From contig CM120644.1 of NCBI GenBank assembly GCA_051362555.1, forward strand, positions 3,356,954 through 3,420,953: a stretch of DNA of 64,000 nt, read 5' to 3'. A model generated the notes under the pieces. It was not told the DNA's origin and searched no databases. It was given only the letters and a program-made list of their open reading frames with translations. Below are positions 29,089-41,900 of this stretch, piece after piece. This DNA is from Lingula anatina (Eukaryota; Animalia; Brachiopoda). The translations under genes and the position numbers were made by a program. The number at the start of each line of letters is the position of its first letter. Position 1 is the stretch's first letter.

Positions 29089-31352
29089 CCATCCCGCTTC
29101 CTTCCTACACGCCAAGTTCGTCTACGTGCTCTGCAGTCCAACTCAGTCGCGGATTTTTATTGTTCAGCACGGGCGTTGTTTGTGCGTTAGGATGGTAATG
29201 TTAGGAGGGTTGTAGTCACTGTTTAAAGCCTTGTTCAATGCCGAAGAGACCGACACGGAGTAGGACCAAAACTGTCGCCTGACGCTGCCAAAGATCCTTC
29301 GGGGCGATGCTCAGATCTTGTGACGGCGCGCAAATTGAGAAAAGCAATTAAGAGAAAATAAAAGTTTAATAGACCAATCAAATCTTCTTAAATGCTTTTA
29401 TCTGGTCTGCGTTGATGTAATTTTAAGAAGTGAGATCTAAAAGAACGTAATTAGAATGGTCAGTAGGGTCACACGAGCCCCTAGGATGACATGGTGTTGC
29501 TTGCCACTTACTTCCACTGTCCATAAAAAAAGATGATCATCATAAGTGTGAGTTTGTATATCAATCAGCTATGTGTTTTGAACGATTTGTGACGAGTTCT
29601 ACTTCAAAAGCACATTTAATTGATTTGCCATGAACGTATAGCATTTAATTAAAACAATGAGGCACTCAACCTTTAAAGGTTAATGGGGTCATTTTAATGC
29701 GATTTTTTTATCAATATTCGTAAATCTTGCATAAACTAAATATACTTGAATTCGTTAGCGTGATTGCAAACCGGGGACATTAATATTACTGCCGGTTTAG
29801 AAAAAAAGATGTGTGTTTAAATAGTCTTTCTGCAACCCCACAAATATTCTTTTATCGCTTACTTATTATCATTATAGTTTGACCATGTCATATTTCAGTA
29901 CTCTTGGAAATCAATTGCAGATTTACATTTGTGTCTCATGGTCAATTAGTTAAAGTAAAGTTCGTATTAATTCTCATTTTGGTCTGGCATTAAATAAAAG
30001 CGACCATTAATCAACCTCATAAATTGTATATTTCAAGTTACTTCATCAATTCATCCATATATTATGCAATATGGAGGAGGTATGAAGCCCCTGTCGCGTG
30101 ATTTGAGATAGTTTCAGGATTTTATAGTCCCATAAACAAAAGAAAAGAAATTCTGACGCAAACTTTAAATTTAGAGCCAGTGTAGTCGATGCAGGGTCAG
30201 GTTCCAGTTGATTTGCACAGAAAGGCCCGCCTTAGGTTTTGACTTTCACACACTGTACAATAGAAGTGTCACCCCTACTGAACCAATACTTTGGGGGAGA
30301 TAAATGACTGTGGAATGATATGCTCCTGGTATCATTTTATTAACATCAAATTTCACAATAAAAAATTCGAACAGGCATTATAACTTCTCAAGATCTGCCT
30401 TCTTTAATAATTGATTACTTGATTATTATTTGATTACTCTGATTCAGGGGGTGACATTTCTATTGTCCATTGTGTGTACTTACGTCAAGCTAATGAATCT
30501 GATTGAGAGCGGACTATGGTACCCGGACCCTCAAGATATTAGCCACCGGCTGAGCATAGTAATCAGGGGGGGTGGGGGTGGGGGGGGGGTGGGGGGGTAT
30601 CAGCTTTTTATCTCTATCTTTCTTTCTGTTATCAAAATCGGGACTGTCCTCTTGAACTTGCGTGTTCAGAACAATTAAGCTGCTCAACATGTTTAAAATT
30701 CAGACAGAGGGATGCAGTGAAGATGAATAGAGATAATAACCAGACTATAAAAAAACTTTACCTCGTTAACACCGTTTTATTGTTCGACAACGAAATCATT
30801 CGTAGTTTACCAACAGAAAACTATTACGACTTCTGTTAAATATTTCCGACGGCGTTCTTCTGTTTTATCTTCACGTATAGGCCCCCTATATCCAAAGGGA
30901 GCGCAATATTGTCAGTTAGGCTAGACAAATTTCATAAATTGGTTAATAAGCTTTACCGACACTGGTTTTGAGAAGATAAGATATTTTATGCGCCTATATT
31001 TCCAGGTAATGCTTTGGGTATTAGCTGGGAAAGTGAGATTTTAGAGAGGAATAACCTCAATGCCAGCCGCAACGCTGTTGTTTTGATCGCCCACTCTGCA
31101 CATGTTAAGGCCTCATCTGCTTAACCACATTTGAAATCAAATGAAAAAAAAAAGTCAAAATGCAACGAAAAGACGTAGGCCTAGTAGATGGACAATTAAA
31201 TGTATGGAAAGTCTTATTATTAATCAAGACGACGATCTAATGAAATAGCGAAGTGTTTGGCAATACACATGGCGCTTGAAAAGGAGCATGGGCCGGGCGG
31301 CCTCATATGTTATCACGTATTATAGTGTTCGTAAAAATATAAACATGGATAA

Positions 31353-31411
<59 letters not shown>

Positions 31412-32018
31412 TAATTAATAGGCCCACTAATTCTTAAAATATGGAAAAGCTTATTAAAGAAATAAAAGTATTAGACAATGTTAGTCTCGTGAGTGTTCTG
31501 TTCTTTTAATCAGTTCTACTGTCAGTTCTAACTATTAGAAATATCTTAGTAGGCATCAGACGCTGCATTAAACCAGTACGTGTCAGTTGTGGTACACGTC
31601 CCATTCATCATACTGGTAGTAAACTGGTCGTTCACCTTTTTAAAACGCTTAAGGGCCTAGGAATCCAGCAAACAGACAAAAAAGTTATCTAGGATGTCGT
31701 ACATATAGTTTCCTATAAATATATGTGAGTTTTTGAAATTATCATCAGTGTATTTTTGCTCTGATCAGCTACGCAAAATTTACGGAAAAGTCGCCTGTCT
31801 TGATGGAAAAGGTGAGGTGGGATTCCCAGCCTCGGTACCGATTACGCGAAAACGCGTCTGGGAAACCCTGAGCTCAAACTTCACACAGGTCAACATTATC
31901 ACGGGGAAGATTTATCTCCGCATTGATCCTACTTTTTGACCTCCGGGTCCATTTGTAACTGTCTCGCTTGCGACAAGGTCTAGTCCTTTTCTGGGTTTAG
32001 AATAAAAAACGGTTAGAA

Positions 32019-35000
32019 ATGACAGATTGTCGTAAAGTATTTTTTGGCCAACTTAGCCAGAGCAGTGCGACAGTCGAAGTCCATGCAGAGCCTTGCATGG
32101 CAAGCCGACCAGGGGTGGAGAGCGACGATGACATCGTTATTTTGGCTGCCCGAAGAACCCCGATCGGGAAGGCTAAGCGTGGAATGTTAAAGGTAGCTTG
32201 TTGGTGCAATTTTGTCTGGGTGTTCATGAGGTTCTGACTTCTGACTTCAACTGTACAACACATATACACTGCGGTCCATTAAAATGTAAAAATGGAGCGA
32301 AATGGACCGAAATGGACCGAAATGGACCAATATAGATCTCCTGTTAAGCATAGTAAACCTCCTTGAGATCGTATCACTGTATGTATACATGTACAGTACA
32401 TCGCGTACATGTACATGTACCAAGCACGTATGCTGTGAAATTGACACTCAGTCGGTTAAATATAACTAAGAATTGAGGACACCCCCCCCCCCCCTTTTCA
32501 GCACGCATGTATTATTTTACATTGTGGTATTTTTCACAACTGTCCTTACAGGACAGGTATGTGTATTGTCTAATTCACTGAAAGAAGTCCCAGCACAGCT
32601 TATTTCAATTTTGAGTGAAGATAATTGCCTTAACAAACAGTACATGTACACTGTATGCGTGTGACCTTTATCCTTGAGTGCATGAAAGTCAACTGATCCA
32701 AAGGGCTCATTGATATGAAAGAAATTAAATATTTATAAAAGGGGTTCCCTGTAAGTCTGAAGTTCATTGCAAAAGAATTCACTGTTGGTGGAAACCAACC
32801 AAGTTTACTGGGAGCAACTGTTATATATCATATGATAATGAACCCACAGGCCAGTAAACATCTGTTAAAGTTCAACTCTGAATCAAAATTTAAACTGGGT
32901 GTTTTAATTTGCCATTTCTCAAGCTGGGACAGCCAAAGGTGTAATATATTTAAATCAAATTTTTCGTGAAAAAGAAAGAACCCCGCTTTTAAGATTGCTG
33001 GCATCGTAATGTCTTTCTTCTTTTCTTCTGTCCAGGACACAAGACCAGAAGACATGTTATCTACAGTGTTCAAGGCTTTGTTAGAAGAAACAAAACTGGA
33101 CCCCAGGGCTATTGGAGACATTTGTGTGGGTAGGGTGATCAATTTATTGATTACTGGACATTGCCACACCTAGCAAATTTTGGGTGATTCCAAAGATAAA
33201 AAGCGATTCTCTTGAGTTTTCACAGTCAGTGATGCTCACATTTTCAAATTTGAGTAATGTTTGCACCATTCTGACTTGCCCCATTATTTTTCCTGCTTTA
33301 TAGTACTGTACTTTCTAATATGGAAATAAATTAACAGTAATTAAAAAGTTATATAAAACAGTTATGGAAATATTAAGCAAAATGTATTACTTTTTGTTTG
33401 TGAATACAAGATAGCCCCAGCCTCCTCAACATCCTTGACTTCTTGTGAGTCATATAATTTTTTATATTTTTATTTTGATTTTACCATAATTGTTTCCATT
33501 TTTATTTTTTGAACTAGCATGTCCCAAAAATATTTTCAGTATTTGTTTTTTAAGCAATTTTTTTTATTAAAGTGATAATAACTCTTCGTTTCGTCCAAAA
33601 AATGAATTTTCCTGGAGTAAACAACAATTTTCCCATACTTACCAATGGTTAATGAATCCATTTATACATTCAAAGTTAGGCCCTGGTTTTTTTCTAAAAA
33701 GTTTGGTTTTTTGTTAAAATCTCTTAAGAGATTTTAACAGAGTATAGCCATCAATGGAGGTCACGTGGTCTAAAGACAAGCTCAGATATCAGAATAATAG
33801 CTATAACAGCCGTTTTTTGTGGGAAAACAGAATATATTATATTTTTATGAGTCATTCACAATGTTTTTATTGTGAAATACAGATTTCATAGGAAGAGTTA
33901 TTATTCCTTTAAGTTCAAGAGTTACATGTACAGAAACAAAAAGTCGACTTGCCAACTAAATGACAAAGGTTGTGAATTCGAGTTTATGCATGTAGAAGAC
34001 AAATGGTTTAATCTCTAATCAGGTTTGTCAGACTGAAAAAAACTTAAATGGCTGTAGCAGAGGCACTTTTTAACAGTCAAATTGAATTAACTTCAAAGGA
34101 ACAGTTCAAAGATAAAAAAGTTTTGTCATAAAGCTGCTCGTTATCTCTTTTATACATCTGTAACTTTAGGGCATGTTACGTAATTTTAAAATAATAAAAA
34201 TTATTGCCCTGCTCAAGATTTGCATATTTTTAAGCACAGTGAAAATGCAAGGATTGCTTTTAATTTTTCACTTGCATTAAGTCAAGTAGAAAAAAAGTTT
34301 GGTCTAATGAAAAAAAAATCATTTTAATTTTATTTTCAGTGTGGTGAAATTATTAATTTTTTAAAAATTAACTTTAAAGTTGCTGGTAACCATCTGAAAT
34401 CTACCTCACATCTGTTCCTGTGGCTATAGTAGACAAATCTTTAAACTTGGTTTGGAAAGTCAGTTTAGAGTACTACATGTACGGTAGTAAGATCAGATTT
34501 AAACTGACTGAGAATGTGAATGGGGACTTGTGGAGGTGGCGTGCTCCATTGTCATCATCCTTTAAACTTTTGTCACAATATTTGATCGTAAAATATTCCC
34601 AGCACCACCGTCCGTGCCAGGTGTAGTGTGCACCGTCCATTGATGAATACATAACAATTATAATTATAATGATGTTTAATTGAAGAATGTTGTTTTTGTT
34701 AATCTAGGCCCGGCGTGGTTCATAAATGTGTTCTTTTTTTCCACAGGAAATGTCCTTTTGCCAGGGGCGGGAGCTCTACAGGCCAGATTTGGTCAGTTCT
34801 TCAGGTATGTTCTTGAATGTAAATATATTTTCTTGCAGAGGTTGCGCATGAGTCACTTGTGGCTTCGATTGCGTGGTTGTACGCAGTAGCAGATGCTGAC
34901 ATACACAGGCCATTAGCTATGTTGGAACTGGGAAGAAAATCCTGTTTTTTACTGATAATTTCATAATTTTAAATATCATTATACTTTTCTTTGAGAAGAT

Positions 35001-35922
35001 GCTAGTGTGCTGGGTTAAAAGGATCCTTTGTGTGATAAATGTAGCTGCATTTGGTGAACCAAGATAGAGTCTCACAACTAGTTGAATTTTGTTTATTTCT
35101 GACATCAAAACAACTTCCAAGTGCAAAGTTTGAAAGAAAAATAAAATAAAATAAAATAAATAAGGATACATTTACAATAACTCAGTCTGATAATTGAATG
35201 TTGTTGTTGGTTCTGCCATGTGACATATAGACATGGACTGCTTATACACAAAAAATGCTTACAGTAGGCCAAACAAAATTGAAAAGTTGACTAATGAGTG
35301 TGACTGACTGTAATTTTGAGGAAATCTTAACTTTCACCTCATCTTATTTTTTCAAATGGAGGAAATGCATCGGGTATTGGTTTGGTAAGTAGGAAAAATA
35401 TGCAGTTGGCTTCAGCAAAAAGCATAATACTTTTTTTTTGTGCTCTTGCTAAAATCACCCCATGCATTGTAGATTCAAAATCTATGCCCTTTCCCTAAAT
35501 AAAGTTAAAACAATTAATGCTTGACCCTAAAATTTAGCTACTACTCTCATGAAACTGTGCATAGAGAGCCATCACTCGTTAACTAAATGTATTAATTTTG
35601 CCAGCCCTTAATTAAGATAGCCTTGGCAGCTCACAGTTTATTATTGGGAAGTGGACTTGTCCTTGCTTTCGGCTGACATATTGTCCGTACTCACAATGAT
35701 GGTGTGACACCTCTGGGCTGTACTACATATTCATTAACGTCAAAGGAAACGGCATTTATTGTGGCTAAGATAAAGTATAGGGGATATTTATACATCTGAT
35801 AACCTTACAGTGGAATTGGTTTTTGTCTTCTTTAAGGTTTGATTGAGAAACATTATTAGTTTGATTTGAGAACATAAGAATATTATTCATTTGTACTGCT
35901 ACATGAACCTTCAAAATCCTAT

Positions 35923-35966
<44 letters not shown>

Positions 35967-38900
35967 CCAATGTAGGGTGTGATACCCAAGTTTAACCAAT
36001 TGAAACCAGTATCCAAGGAGTGAGAGAGCAATTTATTAGTAGGCAGGCAATTAAAATATTATAGTACCCTGGCCCGTAGCCAGAAATTTCAAAAGGGGGG
36101 TTCTTTTTATGAAAAAGTGGACCTTTTACCATGAAACTTTCATGTACCTTAATTAAATTTCACCAGAGGGGACCTTTTCCCTGCAAAAAGGGGGGTTCTT
36201 TTGAAACCCCCAACCCCCCCTGGCTACGGGCCTGGTACCACCATGATAAATAACACCACATTATCCTTTTGAAGTGCATTTTTCAGAAAGCTTAATTCTA
36301 TTTTCCTCTGGTCTCCCTGTCATTCTCTCTCTCTTTCTCTTTTTCTTTCTCTCTCTCTCTAGCTCATTAAAAATAAAAGTTTAGAAAGTTCAACCACTCG
36401 CAAACAACACCCGAAGACTGCAAATACATCATCAACACACAGGCTGTTAAAATATGTCTGCCATAACACCTCGATATCCTGTTGTTGTGATGGCATGACA
36501 CCAGAGGCTATATGACAGATAATAAACTGACAGAAGAATTTATTGATGTTTTATACCTATCACCTTGTTAAGGTTTAAATATAAAGTTTTTTCATGGAGT
36601 GTTTTAGTATTTTAATTTACAGTCATTTCTGTTTTATTGGAGTTAAAAAACAATTCAATTCTAATCTTCAAACCAGAGGTTATGACAGAAATGTGAGAGG
36701 AAAAAAAATCTCTAATTAATTTATATTAATTATCAAGTTGAACTTATTGTCTCGTTTAAGGCCCAAGCTAGTTAATATTTATGAGCCGTTTTAGTACAGT
36801 CTAGTTTTATTGGCCTCTTGGGTAGTTAAAGTTACTCGTAAAACAATTAATTTTTGTCTTCTTATCCAGAGGTTGAATTAAATATGGGAGAGAAAAAAAA
36901 ATTAAATTTTTTTCTCTTTTTTTTTCCAGTACAGTTATGAAAATTCATGGAATGAACAAATTCATTTGCTTACATTTTGGTTCACACATCAGTTATATTA
37001 TTTTATCATTACAGTGACATTCCAGAGACAACCCCCATATCTGCAGTAAACAGACAGTGTTCTTCTGGACTGCAGGCAGTGATGAATGTGGCAGGTAATA
37101 GTGCTCAGGACTCTGGGGGGGGGGGGGGGGGGGGGGGTTAGAAGGACGGCACTTTTGGTCAGGTCCACTCTGATATATCAGTGCATCTTTTCTCAAGTTG
37201 GGTCAACTGTGGGAGTGAAAATTGGGGAAAGTGAAAGACCCCTGATCGAGAGAGAGAGAGAGAGAGAGAGGCACCATTTACAAAAAGCCTTGAAACACCA
37301 TGTAAGAGAAATATCTTTACGAGTGCAAACTTCCAGGAGATTTAATAATTCTAATTAATTTAGAATAATTTTTTAAGCTTTGTTAGGAACTTGTCAACAA
37401 CATATTATATTCCACATTATGATACAAAATCATTCTATATTGAAGCACAAAAAAAAAAAAAAAAAAAAAGAATGAAAGAGGGGCACATTGTACAGAAGGT
37501 TCCAAATATTAGACCAAGTGCTATTTTTTTCCACACAGAGCCCAGACCTCATTTCTATCCAAGTGGTGAAAGTATTGGGACACTTTATCTGGTACTGGTA
37601 ACAATAAAAGTCAAAGTACATGTACAGATGGATGTACGCCAACCACTGGCGCCTCTATAACATGTCACACCTTGCCCTCTAACCCTCCATCCTAGATCTA
37701 AAAAAAAAACTGAAACTCTCCAGTAAATTAGCCTTGTAATTTATGTGCACACGGAAAGACCAAAAACATCCACTTTTCTGTCTCTGATTTGGTGCCAGTC
37801 CTACTGGGACTTGTCGTTTGGCAAGTGGATCTGACACAGACTGAATATGATTCATTTGGTTATAAAAATATACAGGGATGAACAGTTTGTGTACATGAAG
37901 TAAGGTGATTGGAATATTTCAAAGGTGACTTAAATGTTTGGGAACATTTCATGAGTGTTATTATACTAAAAGATGGAATTAATTTTTTTTTAATCTAATT
38001 TATTGAATAATGTCATTCTGGAGCCCTTCAATTGAAATGGAGGTCATTACTTTTCCACCTTATCACAATCAAAACATGACTTTCATTTTGATTTCATGAG
38101 TGTATTCTTTGTGACAGTATTATTACTAGTCCACTGCCAGGATGAGTGTGTTTGTTTGTATGTGTGTGGCATTTTAATGTGATCATTATCAGTGTGTTGT
38201 CATTTACGATAGTACTTAACAAACTTTATTAGATATGAAATTTATTCTTTTACATTTTGATTATTCCATAAGATACTTGGTTTTACTTATCTCCTCATGC
38301 AGACATATCTTCTCTTGTTTTTATAACTTCATTGTTAATTGTATTAGGCCAGGAAAATAAAATCTGTAATTAAAACATATTTTCAATTTTTTTGTTCTAG
38401 GAGACATTGCAATGGGAGTATGTGACATTGGCATTGGTGCTGGGTACGTAAATTCAGGTCATCCGACAATTTAAATGATTAACCAATTAATTAAATATAT
38501 TTGACTGCCTTGCTGCAACCAATGACCACATTTTGTTAATGGATCAAGCAGCTGAACTGAAAAGAGTCTCTCTGTTAGTCAGTTACTTGTAGGATGGTGA
38601 ACAAAGAACATAATCACTAGACGAACATTAGACGAGCGCAATCAAGATGGCAGTGGTGCCACACCACTAACATATTCAGTTAATGTTATCTGCCACAAAA
38701 ATGTTAAACTATTACAGGTTAAAAGAACAATTCCAAGACAGTTGTTGGCTGAAACACAATTACTGCACTGTTTAAGTTATTTTATCAAACTATGAGAGTA
38801 AAAAAATTAATTTTTTTTCATTTCCATGATCAGAGTGGAGAGTATGAGTCAGAGGAGTATTGGTGATGGTCAGGGTCAGGAACTCAACCCTAAAGTGTTT

Positions 38901-41900
38901 GACATCCAGATTGCCCAGGACTGCCTGATTCCTATGGGGTAGGAGACAAGTTTTAAAAGAATTATTCATTATTTATTCTAAGTATCATTGTTTCTTCCAA
39001 GTAAAACTATTTATTAATAAATAAATATGTATTTATTCATTTTTTAATTAAAAAAACATTAAATTATTTTAAAACTTTGTAAATGAATCAATATTGAAAA
39101 CATAGTTTAAAGAAAAAAATTATACAGATGCAAGTATCCTCAATGTTTTAACATAAAACAAATACTGATTTAAAAAAAAAATGATCCCCATGAAAAGTAA
39201 TGAATGGATATTTTCTGTGATTAGGTGTTATCATAGATTTCTCAGTATAGTAAATGAATTGTGACTACCTGTGTCTTAACTTTATGATAATGTGTGTAAC
39301 TATGTATGTATGTTTCAGGATAACTTCAGAGAATGTGGCTGAAAGGTATGGCGTAGACAGGAAGAAGCAAGATGCATTTTCTCTCCTGTCACAGCAAAGG
39401 TCAGATATGTTAAATAAATATGAGAAAATCAGAAGTGGAAAATTCCTGAAAACTCAAATGTAGACTTGTTTCAGCCTAAAAAAAGCCATTTTACATGTCA
39501 TGATGCAGTTGACACTGTCATTAAAGTGTTATTATGAGTAATGCTTATATGACAATTAACATTTTTTTAATTTCTAGAAAATTTCAACATGAGGTAAACC
39601 ATTTGAAGAGATCTGTGGAAAGAAAGTTTCATGGTTAAAATGCTAATGTTTTGTAAAAACTGCAAACTGCTGCTGAATGAAGTACCAGTAAACATGAGAC
39701 TGTTTTGCCTTCTTTTATAAATTGATGTTTTTGATATTAAGATACTTAAATTGGCTCATTTCAGAGCGGCTAAGGCAGCAAGCCAAGGTCTCTTTGATGC
39801 TGAGATTGTTCCCATTACAACAACAGTGAAAGATAAAAATGGAGATGAGAAAACTGTTACTGTAAGTTTTATATTGTTAGTAATGAAATGTCCAAATTAA
39901 TCAATATAAACAAAACCACTCTCTCTCTACCACACACATCCACGCACGCACGTGCACACGGACCCTGTACCACTAGACTCTACATATGAGTCAATTTGCT
40001 AAAAATTAAGTAATATTTGAAATTCCAGAAGTATATTTTACTATTTGATATACATATTACTTATTTAGTCATAGGCATGCCTTTCATGTGCTAGTGCTGT
40101 AAATGAATTTAGTATTAAAAATGGTAATTAAAATAATAATTACTATTATGAGTAGCATTCATAAATTATAACATACGTTCAGGTGAGTAAAGATGAAGGC
40201 ATCAGGCCCACAACAGCCGAGGGATTGGCCAAGCTCCGTCCTGCTTTCAAACCTGGCGGGACTACGACAGCAGGTACTGTATACACAGGAAATATTACCA
40301 TAAGGGACAGATGGTAGCCATCAAAAGACGGTCAGAATTTTCAAGTTTACATTGACAGGCATCAAATTTCTTGTTGTTGTCGTTGTTGTTGTTGGAAGAT
40401 GGTCAAAAATGGAGGATGGATAAACAAAGCTTATTTGGAAGACTGTCGGAAAATATCTCTAGAAATGCCCCTGTCATGGAAATACTCTCTTATGTTACGT
40501 ATTTAAACAAATTAACATAGACATCCTAGTATGCACTGCCTTTTTTACCTTTATGTGTGCCTCATAAATGGCATATAACCTACTAGTTGATCAAATATCG
40601 ATTCTGTTTAAACTGATTAAGGTTGTTTGTACATAGGTCGGCCTTAGTTGGCTTATTTGTTTACTTTTTATGTACAGACACAGATGTGTCTGTACATATT
40701 GCCATCGCCTGCGTCTGTCGTCGCCGTCGCCGATGCCGATGCCGATGCCGATGCCGATGCCGTCGCCGTGCACTTTCCTTGTAAACACGATAAGTGGAGG
40801 GCAGTTTTACTTTTTGGCTTTATATTTACAGAGCTGATGAATATTCATAAAATGCAGGTCAAGTTCGAAAATCAGCATGATCGGGCCATTATTGTAGAAG
40901 TTATGCTGTTTTTTCACTTTTCAGCATATATGCAACCCTGTAAACACATTTTAAGGAAAACCGTTAGGCCTGTTGTCATGAAACTCACAGGAGTAATCAA
41001 TCTTACTAAAACGCAGGTCAAGTTCGAAAATTGGCATGATCGGGCTACTATTTTAGTAGTTATGCTGTTTTTTTCATTTTTCAGCATATATGCAACACTG
41101 TAAACACAATATAAGAAAAACAGATAAGCCAATTGTCATTAAACTCACAGGAGTGGTCAATCTTACTAAAACGCAGGTTGAGTTCGAAAATCAGCATAAT
41201 CGGGCCATTATTTTAGAAGTTATGCTGTTTTTTCACATTTCCTCAGATTCTATTCTTAGGCATGTTAACAGTCTTATTATTTTACTAATAAGATACATAA
41301 AAGTGTTTGTTTGACATTTCCTGCATCTTTACAACATTGTTAGTTGATTATGTAAAAATGATGGTAAACTTGTTTTCATGTATTGTGTCATAAAGTGTCA
41401 AAAATGGAAATAAACTCATATCATTGCAGTTTGTCAGATTCAATCATTCACTATGTTCAGAATCTCAGAATGGAGGAAATTGGACATTTAACACTATTCT
41501 ATTGATATTTTTCCCATCTCATCAATTTTCTTAGTTGATCATATAAAAATTGCAGTAAACTGTTTATTTTGTTTTATGTTAAAAAAAGTGTTAAAAATGG
41601 AAATAAACCCATGTCAGAACAGTGCTGTCTTGTTTCACATTTCCTCAGATTCAATTCTTAGGCATGTTAACAGTCTCATTATTTAACTAATAAGACATGT
41701 AAAAGTGTTTGGTTGACATTTCCTGCATCTTTACAACATTATTAGTTGATTACGTAAAATTGATAGTAAACTTGTTATCGTGTATTGTGTAATAAAGTGT
41801 CAAAAATGGAAATAAACTCATATCATTGCAGTTTGTCAGATTCAATTATTCACTATGTTCAGAATCTCAGAATGGAGGAAATTGGACATTTAACACTGTT

